Source: Squalus acanthias (lineage: Eukaryota). From it: 64,000 nt of DNA. The stretch spans positions 124,001 to 188,000 of the forward strand of contig JASTWF010000323.1 in the NCBI GenBank assembly GCA_030390025.1, given 5' to 3'. Shown here one piece after another: positions 13,725 through 24,989 of the stretch (position 1 is the stretch's first letter; each line of letters opens with the position of its first letter). The notes beneath the pieces were generated by a model. That model was not told the DNA's origin. It worked only from the letters and a program-made list of their open reading frames with translations, and ran no database searches. The translations under genes and the position numbers were made by a program.

Positions 13725-15025
13725 TTTTCTTTTTTATTCATTCATGGGATGTGGCATTTGTTGCCCATCCCTAGTTGCCCTTGAGAAGGAGGTGGTGAGC
13801 TGCCTTCTTGAACCGCTGCAGTCCGTGAGGTCCAGGTGCTCCCACAGTGCTGTTACGTAGCGAGTTGCTGGATTTTGACCCAGAGACAATGGGGGAAAGG
13901 CGATATACTTCCAAGTCAGGACGGTGTGTGACTTGGACGGCAAATTACAGGTGATGGTGTTTCCATGATCCTGCTGCCCTTGTCCTTCTAGATGGTAGAG
14001 GCTGCGGGTTTGGGAGGTGCTGCCAAAGAAAGTTTGGCAAGTTGCTGCAGTGCCTGTTGTAGTTGGTACACATTGCAGCCACGGTACGCCGGTTGGATGG
14101 ACTGAATGTTTAAAGTGCTGGATAGGGTACCAATCCAGTGGGCTGCTTTGTCCTGGATGATGTCGAGCTTCTGAAGTGTTGTTGGAGCTGCACTCACCCG
14201 GACAAGTGAAGAGTATCCCATCACACTCCGGACTTGTGCCTTGTAGATTCTGGAAAGGCTTTGCGGAGTCAGGAGGTGACACACACGCTGCAGAATACAC
14301 AGCCTTGAACTGCTCTTGTTGCCACAGTATTCATTTGGCTGGTCCAGTTAAGGTTCTGGTCAATGGTAACCCCCAGAATATTGATGGTGATGGATTTGGC
14401 GAAGGTAATCCCATTGAATGTCAAGGGAAAGTGGCTCTTGTTGGAGACAGTCATTGTCTGGCACTTGTGTGGTGTGATTAGTAATTGCCACTTTTCAGCC
14501 CAAGACTGAACGTCGTCCATGTCTTGCTGCATGTGGGCAAGGACTGCTTCATTATCTGAGGAGTTGCGAATAGAACTGAACACTGAGCAATAATCAGCAA
14601 ACGTCCCCACTTCTGACCATATGATGGAGGGAGGGTCATTGATGAAGTAGCTGAAAATGGTTGGGCCGAGGGCACTGCACTGACGAACTCCTGCAGCGAT
14701 GTCCTGGGGCTGTGATGATTGACCTCCAAAAACCACAACCATCTTCCTTTGTGCTAGGTATGACTCGAGCCAGTTGCTTCCCATTGACTTCAATTTTACT
14801 GGGGCTCCTTGATGCCATACTCATTCCAATGCTGCCTTGATGTCAAGGGCAGTCACTCTCACCTCACCTCTGGAATTCAGTTATTTTGTCCATGTTTGGA
14901 CCAAGGCTGTAATGAGGTCTGGATCCAAGTGGTCCTGGCGGATCTCAAACTGAGCATTGGTGAGCAGGCTATTGGTGAGTAAGTGCAACTTAATAGAACT
15001 GTCGACGACACCTTTCATCACTTTG
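13725..15025 (-). mobile_element. CR1-clade LINE (type 2 family), 3' part
   Basis: ORF 14269-14793 (SALGPTIF, FADYCS); 3' tail cccatgaatgaataaaaa on the minus strand. Confidence 0.82.
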
Positions 15026-15029
15026 CTCA

Positions 15030-15760
15030 TTTCACTTGTCTGTCTATGTCCTCCTGAAGCCTACCACTATCCCGTTCAGTGTTTACTACATTTCCGAGTT
15101 TTGTTTCATCTGCAAATTTTCAAATTATGCCCTTTATATATATGTCTGTATCATTAATATATATCAAAAGGAGCAGTGGTCCGAATAGCGACCCCTGGGG
15201 ACACCACTGTACATCTCCCTCCAGTCTGAACAACAACCGTTCACCACTACGCTCTCTTTTCCGTCCCTTATCCAATGTCAGATCCCCACTGCCACTGTCC
15301 CTCCCTTTGGTCCTAACAAGTCTATTCAATTGCACTTTATCAAAAGCATTGTTAAAGTCCATATACACAACATCAACTGCACTACCCTCATCAACCCTCT
15401 CCGTTACTTCATCACAGAACTCAATCAAGTTTGTCAGACACACTTTGCCGGTAACATATCCGTGCTGGTTGTCATTTATTAATCCTTGTTTTTTCCAAAG
15501 AAAGATAATTTTCTCCGGGAATATGGCCTCTAGAAGTTTCCCCACCACTGACGTTAGGCTGACTGTCCTGCAGTTATAGGGTTTATCCCCCTCTCCTATT
15601 TTAAACAGCGTGCAACATTTTCAGCACTCCAGTCTTCTGGCAACACTCCCATATCCGAGGAGGATTGAAATATTCTGGCCAGATCGTGTGCTATTTCCAC
15701 CATTTCTTCCCTCAGCAACCCTCATATATCCCATCCGGACAGGGTAAACATTCTACTTTC
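15030..15760 (-). mobile_element. CR1 LINE RT fragment
   Basis: ORF 15120-15548 (CLTNLIEF, VDVVYMDF, PQGSLFGP). Confidence 0.82.
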
Positions 15761-15789
15761 CTGTTGTACAAAAAGTGCTGGATTGAAAG

Positions 15790-15945
15790 GGGTTAACTGA
15801 ATCTGTTTGTTCAGTGACTGTAATTAATGTCAGTCTCCACGGGTTAACTGAAGCTTTTTGTTTATTGACTTTAATTAATGTCAGTCTCCATGGATCCTAA
15901 TTGCTTCAGGGCAGGGTTTCCCTCTTCTATTAATAAGGGACACCT
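15790..15945 (+). promoter_or_regulatory. Putative proximal promoter of GPCR exon 1a
   Basis: 51-bp tandem duplication (15790 and 15841) with TAATTA; kB-like gggtttccc at 15914; TATA-like tattaataa at 15928; homologous to the region upstream of exon 1b. Confidence 0.45.
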
Positions 15946-16026
15946 TTCAATGGGTTATCCCATATGTTAGTGACAGCATCACCTCCGACACTAACAGGGA
16001 TCAGCACGCTGCTCCACAGAGCGGGA

Positions 16027-16152
16027 GTCGGACTCTGAGAACAGTAGATTGGAATGTTGCAACAATGGATCAGAATCTGAGAACAGTTGATTGGAATGTT
16101 ACACCAATGGGTCGGAATCTGAGAACAGTAGATTGGAATTTTACAACAATGG
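16027..16152 (+). repeat. 3 x 42-bp tandem repeat spanning the GPCR start codon
   Basis: Units start at 16027, 16069 and 16111; each ends in ATGG; the translated units encode (D/G)xNLRTVDWNxTxM. Confidence 0.92.
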
Positions 16153-16287
16153 GCAGGAGTTTATCCTGGCAGTTTGACATTCTTTCAGAATATTATGATA
16201 TAATATCATTAGGCTGGCGGATCTATTACGCACTTCAGATCATTCAATACATTTACTATCCGCTCCTTGCTGCTGTTGGAGTTCCAG
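16065..16287 (+). CDS. GPR139/GPR142-like class A GPCR, coding exon 1 (exon 1a)
   Basis: MDQNLRT...IQYIYYPLLAAVGVP is an N-terminus plus start of TM1; ends at consensus donor CAG|GTAAGT (16288), phase 1; G+TG gives V and joins exon 2 in frame. Confidence 0.88.
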
Positions 16288-16554
16288 GTAAGTCTCTCTC
16301 TCCAACTATTAATTCGATAAATCATGTTTTATTGAATTACTGTGCTTGTCATTTACTCTCCCCTCCTTTCTGTTGTTAGTGTTCCTGGTAAGTCTTTGTA
16401 TCTAACTATTAGCTCTGCAAACCTTTGCTAACTGTGCTACTGTTCTCGTAAGTTACTCTCTCATCTTTGGAGCTGTTGTTGTCCGTGGTAATTCTCCATA
16501 TCCATCAATTAGATCTGTAATCCTCTGATTCACCAGGCCTGCCGACCGCCATCG

Positions 16555-16850
16555 CCACAAAAACGCCCGTCTCCACCACGCCTCAGCCCTTCCACTGCAT
16601 AAACCCTCATCGATGCCTTTGTTAAATCCAGACTCGACTCTTCCAATGCTCTCCTGGCCGGCCTCCCAGTTACAAGCCTCCATAAACTAGAGCTCATCTA
16701 AAACTCTGCTGCCATTATCCTAACATGCATCATGTCCCCATCACCCAACATCTCTCTGATCACTGACCTGCATTTGCTCCCATTTCGGCAACGCAATAAC
16801 CTTAATATTCTAGTCCTTGTGTTCAAATCCCACCATGACCTCACCCCTCC
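16555..16850 (+). mobile_element. L2-type LINE RT C-terminal fragment
   Basis: AFVKSRLDSSNALLAGLP, then LITDLHLLP. Confidence 0.75.
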
Positions 16851-17194
16851 AAATATTCCCATTCTCCTGCTCTTTTCCCATAGAGCTGCAAATTGTTCCC
16901 CTTCAAATATTTATCGAATTCCCCTTTTAAAGTTATTTTTTTCCCTATGTACCTCTACCAGTCTTTCGGTCTTTATTTTAATTTCTCTCTTTCTCTCTTT
17001 ATCTCTCTCCCTCTTGACTCTTCTCTCTCCGTCCCTTGCTCATAGAGTCATAGAATAGTACAGCACAGAAGGCGGCATTCGGCCCATCATTTCCATTCCG
17101 TCTCTTTGAAAGTGCAATCTAATTAATCCAACTCTGTAGTCAGAGCCTTCTAAAAATGTCCCCTTCAACTAATTATCCCAGTCCCTTTCAAAAG

Positions 17195-18670
17195 TTACTA
17201 AAAGAGGAAATAGCGGAGGCTCAGACTATCATGTTTCAATCCTCTCTGGCTGCTGGTGTGGTGGCAGAGCACTCCTAACGTTGTGCCGTTGTTTAAAAAA
17301 GGAAAAAGGGTTAGACCGATCAATTACAGGCCCGTCAGCCTAACTTCGTTGATTGGAAAAAGTATTAGAAACGTTCTCAGGGATATTATAAATCGGCATT
17401 TAGAAAGACACGGATTAATCAAGGACAGTCAGCGTGGATTTATAAAGAGAAGGTCGTGTCTGACTAACTTGAATGAATTTTTTGAGGAGGTAACGAGGAG
17501 GGTCGATTAAGGTAGTGCATTTGATGTAGTCCACATAAATATTAGCAAGGCCTTTGACCAGGTCCCACATAAGAAGCTGGTCAAAAAGTAAAAGCCCATG
17601 GGATCCAAGCGAAAGTGACCAGTTGGATCCCAAATTGGCTCAGTTACGGAAGCAAAGAGTAATGGTCGACGGGTGTTTTTGTGAAATAAGGCTGTTTCCA
17701 GTTGGGTTCCCCTTGGCTCAGTACTAGTTCCCTTGATTTTTGTGGTATTTATCAATGATTTAGACTTCAATGTTGGGGACATGATTAAGAAGTTTGCTGA
17801 TTATACAAAAATTGGCTGTGTGGTTGATAGTGTGGAAGATAGCTTTAGACTTCAGGAAGAAATGAATGGACTGGTCAGGTGGGCAGAAAATTGACAAATG
17901 GAAGTGTGAGATAATGCATTTTTGGAAGGCTAAAAAGGCAAGGGAATACACAATGAATGGCAGTGAAATGAGAAGTGTAGAGGAACAGAGGGACCTTGGA
18001 GTGCATGTCCATAGATCCCCGAAAGTAGAGGACATGTAGATAGGGGAGTTAAGAAGGCATACGGCATACTTTGCTTTATTAGCCGAGGCATAGAACATAA
18101 GAGCATACGAGTTAGGCGAAGCTTGAGTACTGCATACAGTTCTGGTCACCACATTACAGGAAAGATGTGATTGCCTGAGAGACGGAACAGAGGTGATTTA
18201 CGCGGATGTTGCTGGGACTGGGGAGTTTTAGCTATAAGGAAAGATTGGATAGGCTGGGGTTGTTTACTTTGAAAAAAAGGAGGCTGAGGAGAGATTTAAT
18301 TGAGTTGTATATAATTGTGAGGGGCCCAGATAGAGTCGTAACAAAGCAGCTATATCCCTTAGAAGCGAGGTGGATAACCAGGGGGCATAGATTTAAAGTA
18401 ATTGGTAGAAGGACTAGAGGGTAGTTGAGGAGAAGCTTTTTCACCCAGTAGGCGGTGGGGGTTTGGAAAGGATGGTAGAGGCAGAGACCCTCATCACTTT
18501 TTTTAAAAGTACTTGGATATGCACCTGAAGTGCCGTAAAGTGCAAGGCTACGGGACAAGATCTGAAAAGTGCGATTCGGCTGGCTAGCTCCTTTTCGACA
18601 GGCGCAGACACGATGGGCTTTATGCCCTCCTTCTATGCCAATTTTTTTTTGATTCTATAATTTTATGATT
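17195..18670 (+). mobile_element. Degenerate CR1 LINE with 3' tail
   Basis: NVVPLFKKG...NYRPVSLTS; ERLDRLGLFTL; tail near 18650. Confidence 0.85.
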
Positions 18671-18674
18671 CTTA

Positions 18675-19450
18675 ACCTTCTATGCTCTAAAAAGAACAAT
18701 CCCAGCTTTTCCAGTCTTTCCACGTAACAGAAGTTCCAGATGCCTGGTCCCATTCTAGTTAATCTCCTCTACACCTTCTCTAATCCGTGCCATGCTTTCC
18801 AAAGTGTGGTGCTCCGAATTGGACACAATACTCCAGCTGGGGCCTAACAATGATTTATAAAAGGTTTGCATAACTACTTGTATTTTGTTACTCTGTGTTT
18901 CTGTTTGTAAAGCTAAGGCCTCTGTTTGCTTTAACAGCCGTCGCTGCTTGTCCTGCCACCTTCAAAGGTTTGTATAAGTACACCCCAGGTCTGTCTGGTC
19001 GCGCACCCGCTTTGAAATTGTACCGTTTAGTTTATATTACCTCTGCTCATGCTTCCTACCAACATTTATCACTTCACCCTTCTCTGTGTTAAATAGTAGC
19101 TGCCATGTGCCTGCCCATTTCACTAACCTGTCTATGTCCTCCCGAGGTCTGTTAATATCCTTCACACTGTTTATGAACATTTCTGAGTTGCCTGTCATCT
19201 GTAAACTTTGAAATTATTTGCTTCGCACCCAAGTCCATGGCATTGATGTACATATAAACAGCAATTGTCCCAATGACGACTCCTGGGGAACACCAGTATA
19301 TACTTCCCTCCAGTCTGAAAAACAAGCACAGCTCTCTGGTTTCTGGCTCTTAAGACATTTTTCGAGCCATGTTGCCACTGCCCCTTTAAACCCATGGGCT
19401 TTAATGTTGGTATTATGTGGTACTTCATCAAGCACCTTTTGAAAGGATAG
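18675..19450 (-). mobile_element. Degenerate CR1 LINE fragment
   Basis: FSDWREVYTGVPQES (ORF 19214-19537). Confidence 0.75.
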
Positions 19451-19820
19451 GGACATTGGGAAAGAATGGGCAGTAACAATATATAGAATTATAGAATTGG
19501 TGATCCAAGTTGTGAGACAATTTCTTTGGCGGAGCATGACGCCACTCTCTGATCACAGACCTCGCCTGGGTTAAATCAATGAATTACAAAATCATTGAGT
19601 TTATTCCCATTTTATTATTTCTATGTATTTGTTCTCAGCATATGCGTAACGCTGTCAAGGCCAGTATTACTTGCCCATCTCTAGTTACGCATCAGAAAAT
19701 GGTGGGCCTTCATCTTGAGCCGCTGCAGTCTGTGTGGTGAAGGTGCTCCCACAATACTGTTACGGAAGGAATTTCGGGCATTTGACTCAGTGACGATGAA
19801 GGGACGGCGATATATTTGAA

Positions 19821-20237
19821 GGGTACGGTAGCGCAGTGGTTATGTGTTGCTGGTCTAGTAAACCAGATGCCTGGACAAATGACCCAGAAGTTCAAATCCC
19901 ACCAGCTGGGGAATTTAAATTCAATTAATTAAACATATCTGGAATAAAAAGTTGGTGTCAGTGATGGTGACCATGAAACTCCCGGCTTGTTGTAAAACCC
20001 CATCTGGTTCAGTAATGTCCTTCAGGGAAGGAAATCTGCCGTCCCTACCTGGTCAGACCGAAATGTGACTCCAGACCCACTGCAATGTGTTTGACTTTTA
20101 ACTGCCTCTGAAATGGACCAGCAAGAAACTTAGTTGTATAAGGCGGCTCACCATCACCTTCTCCAGGGCAATTAGGGTCGGGCAATAAATGCTGGCCTTG
20201 CCAGAGATGCCCACATCCCATGAATGAATAAAAAATA
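19821..20237 (+). mobile_element. tRNA-derived SINE whose 3' tail matches the type 2 CR1-clade LINE
   Basis: A-box-like tagcgcagtgg and B-box-like gttcaaatcc; tail gggcaataaatgctggccttgccagagatgcccacatcccatgaatgaataaaaaa resembles the LINE tails at 13725 and 4978. Confidence 0.75.
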
Positions 20238-20479
20238 ATGTCCACGTCTAGATGATGTGTGATTTGACGGGGGAACTTGGAGATGATTCTGTTTTGTGCT
20301 ACAGTCCGAGCCGAATTCTAGCCTCTACCCTGTGCCTCGTCCCCTTGATGCCAATTGTAGGAATTCAACTGCTGCCCTTGGGGTGAAAATTACTTACTAC
20401 AAAATATAAAATACAAACAAAGTAACATTTGGCATTTTCGGGATGCAGATCCTTTACTCGACACTTGGTAATGAGATGG

Positions 20480-20615
20480 GGCTGAACACAAGAGATGAGC
20501 ATGTTAAAATCGAGGCATTGTCGGACCGGGAGACAATGTAGGTCAGCGAGCACAGGGGTGATGGGTGAACAGGACTTGGTGCGAGTTAGGACACGGACAG
20601 CAGAGTTTTGGATGT
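20480..20615 (-). mobile_element. L2-type LINE fragment
   Basis: IQNSAVRVLTRTKSCSPITPVLADLHCLPV. Confidence 0.75.
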
Positions 20616-21144
20616 GACAGAAATGCTCGTAATTAATTTTAGATAAAAGTCTTATATCTCCCCACGCCTCGAGCAATCTGTCTCGGATAACAAATGACTC
20701 TGAATGGGTTCAGGCCGAGCCTTTTGGAGGCAAAGTCTTAGTCCAATTCGTCAGCACGCTGTGACATTTGATATCTGCAGATGTCTGCAGACAAGGGCTG
20801 AGGAATTCGTCTTGGGCGGTGGCGCTAACCGGGCGGTATCGGATCGGCCGCCTGTTACTCACAGCGCCTGATATTCAGTTCCACTGCAGTCAATGACGGA
20901 TTTCTATGCCTAGGTTTTCAATTCTTAACACTTCGTTTCCAGCAAAGGCTTCTCCGTAACGCAGTGAAGCCACTTCAGTGTCAAAGAACTAGTCTCTGTA
21001 ATCCTGCACCATCGAAACCCCTGTGGATCCAAAACCGATGGTCCGCTGTTTAAAAACAAACTTTTCTTAATTGTATAACATGCAATGAACACCTAAACAA
21101 GAGTGCAGAGTCACAGTCAATGACACAGAAACATTGACATAAGC

Positions 21145-21465
21145 TGTTTAAAGAGACAGGACCAGTCACACAGGCTTTTTAAAGAGAAAGGACTATTCAC
21201 ACAGGCTTTTTAAAGAGACAGGACAAGTCCCACAGACTTATTAAACAGACAGGACCAGTCACACAATCTATTTAAAGAGACAGGACCAGTCACACAGGCT
21301 TTTTAAAGTGTCAGGACCAGTCACACAGGCTTTTTTAAGTGACAGGACCAGTCACACGGGCTTTTTAAAGAGACAGGACCAGTCAGAAAGGCTTTTTGAA
21401 GAAAGGACCAGTCACACAAGCTTTTTAAAGCGACAGGGACAGTCACAAATTATTTTTAAAGAGGG
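21145..21465. repeat. 31-bp minisatellite, about 10 copies
   Basis: ggaccagtcacacaggctttttaaagagaca at 21159, 21190, 21221 and onward. Confidence 0.92.
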
Positions 21466-22344
21466 AAAAGGCTGCAAACAAAAAGCCCGAGAAATTGTTT
21501 TCGGGCGATGGCACAAAGCGGGCAGTATCGGTTCCGAAATTCTGATCGGAAATTCTCGGCCCTCATATCTGTCCTTACAGTTTATTAATCCATTAATGTT
21601 CTTTCACAGATTCTAATCTTGTACTGAAATAGGCCCCTTAGAAACTGCTTATTTTGCGGACATTTCGTTTTATTCTTTGTACGTGTCCTTAATATAGAGA
21701 AATGTGAAATATGTTATTAGAATTAGTAGGGTCTTGATCACATGGCATCCCTCTGTCAACAGACAGTATTCCATAACACTCTTGAATTGTGCCTTGTAGG
21801 TGTTGGAGATATTTTCTGGAGTCAGGAGGTGAGTTACTCACCGCAGAATACCCAGCATCTGACCTGCTGTCGTACCCACGACATTTATGAGGCTGGTCCA
21901 GTTGAGTTTCTGATCAATGGCGACCCCTAGGATTTTGAAGTTGGAGGATTCGGTGATGGAAATGTCGTTAGCTGTCAAGTGGAAGAGGTTAGACTTCCAC
22001 TTGTTTGAGGTGGTCATCGTCTGCCACTTGTATGGTGAGAATTTACCATAATGACACCAGTGATGAGCGATTTCAGTTATGTGGTGAGACGAGTGAAGCT
22101 TGGATTGTTCTCCTTAGAGCAGAGAATGGTAGGGGGAGGTTGAATAGAAGTGTTCAATATGATAAGGGGTTTTGATACATTAAGTAAGGAGACAATGTTT
22201 CAACTACTTGTCTTGTCATTACCAAAATCACACAGATATAAAATAATTGGTTAAAAAAAGGGAGCAGATGTGAAGAGCGTTGGTCACGCAGTGAGTTTTT
22301 ATAATCTGGAATGAACTCTGAAAGTCTGGTGGAAGCCCATCAGT

Positions 22345-23160
22345 AGGGTCAGTTCGTAGCACTCTCGGCTCTGAGTCAGCAGATTGTGGGTTCAAGTCCC
22401 ACTCCAGCGACTTGAGTCCAAAAATCTAGGCTAACACTGCAGTGCAGTACTGAGGGATCGCTGCACTGTCAGAGGGGCAGTACTGAAGGAGCACTGCACT
22501 GTCAGAGGAGCAGTACTGAGGGAGCACCGCACTGTCAGAGGGGCAGTACTGAGGGATCGCTGCACTGTCAGAGGGGCAGTACTGAGGGAGCACTGCATTG
22601 TCAGAGGGGCAGTACTGAGGGAGCACAGCACTGTTAGAGGGGCAGTACTGAGGGATCGCTGAACTGTCAGAGGGGCAACACTGAGGGATCACTGCAGTGT
22701 CAGAGTGGCAGTACTGAGGGAGCACTGCCCCGTCAGAGGGGCAGTACTGAGGGATCGCTGCACTGTCAGAGGGTCAGTACTGAGGCAGTGCTGCACTGTC
22801 AGAGGTTTAGTACTGAGGGAGTGCTGCAGTGTTGGAGGGCTGTCTTTCAGATGAGTCGTTAGACCGAGGCCCCGTCTGTTCCCTAAGATGGAAATAAAAG
22901 ATCCCATGGAACGAAATCGAAGAAGAGCAGCAGAGTTAACCCCGGTGTTCTGACCGATATTTATCTCAATCAACATCACTAAAGCAGATTATCTGGTCAT
23001 TATCACATTGCTGTTTGTGGGAGCTTGCTGAGCACAAATTGACTGCCACGTTTCCGACAGTACAACAGTGACTACAGTTCAAAAGTACTTCATTTGCTGT
23101 AAAGCGCTTTGGGAAATCCCGAGATAGTTAAAAGCGCTATATCAATTCAATTATTTCTTT
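22345..23160 (+). mobile_element. tRNA-headed DeuSINE (SacSINE1/AmnSINE1-like) with internal minisatellite expansion
   Basis: B-box ggttcaagtcc; Deu-domain-like gtctttcagatgagtcgttagaccgaggccccgtctg; L2-like tail ctgtaaagcgctttggga...gcgctatat; family recognised from memory. Confidence 0.8.
22440..22838. repeat. 33-bp minisatellite, about 12 copies, inside the SINE
   Basis: cagtactgagggagcactgcactgtcagagggg; 11-aa periodicity in ORF 22426-22725. Confidence 0.93.
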
Positions 23161-24156
23161 CTTAACTGTAACTTCCAAAAGATAATGGGTATATACTCGG
23201 AAAGAAGAAACATTCAGTGCTATGTGCAAATGATTCAGTCGTCATTCACCTTCATGACAGGATATGACAGCTTTGAGATAATTTGATTTGTTGGTTGTGA
23301 GATCGCTTGGCTCTGTCTAATTTCATTCCATTGATCACCATGGTAGTGGCACATGATATGATGGAGGGTGGCCTCAGGGTGAAGACGAGACTTATTCTCA
23401 GCAAATATTGTGCAGTTATCATTCCTACCAATAACGTAATGGACAGATGGTGAGGACGAAGTCAAGCAGGCTATTCGCTCATGTTGGTTTTCCCACCACC
23501 TGCCGCAATCCCAGTCTGGCAACTGCGTTTTTCAGGGCTCGGCTAATGATGGTACTTCCGAGGCACTCTTGGTGATGGACATTGAAGTTTCCCCCTCGAC
23601 ACCCAGAGTATAATTTGCGCCCTTTCTGCTCTCGGTGCTCCCATTAACTGGTGTTCAGCATGACGATATGCCGATTCATCAACTGAGGGATGCTGATAGG
23701 TGATAATCAGCAGGAAGTTACCTTGCCCATGTCTGACCGGAAAACATGAGACTTCATTATGACCTTAGAGAATGTTGAGGACTCACAGGGTCTCGCCAAC
23801 GCGAATGTATACCCCTGTGCTACCTCCACTGGTTGGCCTGTGCAGACACTGGGATGGTGATGGAGGATTCTGGAATGTTGAATGATAGTTATGTTTCTGT
23901 GAGTATGACTATGCGAGAATTCAATGTTTCCAGAGCGTTTCATGAAGTGTTGAAATGCTGAACGGTAATTTATCTCATTGGTTAATATTTTAAGCGGTTT
24001 CCTTTGATTCTTTTTTATTAACCCTTTGCTCATTTTATTTATTCTTCCTCTCGCTAAAGCAACATGACATGTTTGTCTGGGTGAGGTCGCTCTTTAGAAA
24101 TAGGTTGTTCTTGTTCTTGTTCTAGTTTCAGGCAATAGAAACATGAACTGGAATGA

Positions 24157-24805
24157 AATTCCTGGACTGAGGCGCTAGCAGTGTAAGGTAGGCAGCCCTG
24201 AGAATTAAATTCCTGGATTGAGGCGGGAGCAATGTATTCCATGCGGCCCTGGGAATCTAATTCCTGGACTGAGGCGGGAGCAGTGTAATCTAGGCGGCCC
24301 TGGGAATTAAATTCCTGGACTGAGGCGGGAGCAATGTAATCTAGGCGGCCCTGGGAATGAAATTCCTGGACTGAGGCGGGAGCAGTGTAATCTAGGCGTC
24401 CCTGGGATTTTAATTCCTGTACTGAGGAGGGAGCAGTGTAATCTAGGCGGCCCTGGGAATGAAATTCCTGGACTGAGGCGGGAGCACTGTAATCTAGGCG
24501 TCCCTGGGATTTTAATTCCTGTACTGAGGCGGGAGCAGTGTAATCTAGGCGGCACTGGGATTGAAATTCCTGGGCTGAGGCGGGAGCAGTGTAATCTAGG
24601 CGGCCCTGGGAATGAAATTCCTGGACTGAGGCGGGAGCACTGTAATCTAGGCGTCCCTGGGATTTTAATTCCTGTACTGAGGCGGGAGCACTGTAATCTA
24701 GGCGGCCCTGGGAATGAAATTCCAGTGCTGAGGCGGGAGGAGTCTAATCTAGGCAGCCCTGGGAATGACATTCCTGGACTGAGGCGGGAGCACTGTAATC
24801 TCGGC
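24157..24805. repeat. 51-bp minisatellite, about 13 copies
   Basis: aattcctggactgaggcgggagcagtgtaatctaggcggccctgggaatga; 17-aa periodicity in ORF 24307-24834. Confidence 0.93.
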
Positions 24806-24989
24806 GAGTCCCATCGTTCCAACACTAGGATCATCTCTCAGATCCTGCCGTTTAGGAACATTTATTTATTGTTTTTTTATCATAATGGCCTAGTATGGAA
24901 TAAATCAGAGAATAACAGTGGAAAAATCAGTTTTTCAGTTTTCGAAACAGAGTGCTCAGGTTGAGTTTTTGGAAAAGTAGGAATTAGTG

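Noticed and set aside
19821..19900. tRNA gene (also at 22345-22405)
   Set aside because: A/B boxes are present but there is no cloverleaf, and the sequence continues into SINE bodies
20795..21562. Two short CpG-rich segments with imperfect inverted ends (20795-20912, 21485-21562), possible MITE relics
   Set aside because: TIRs too degenerate and no clear TSD to support a call
21145..24834. Regularly spaced 31-, 33- and 51-bp repeats resembling CRISPR arrays, and their repetitive ORFs
   Set aside because: Head-to-tail repeats with no unique spacers, no cas genes, eukaryotic context; ORF periodicity simply mirrors unit length
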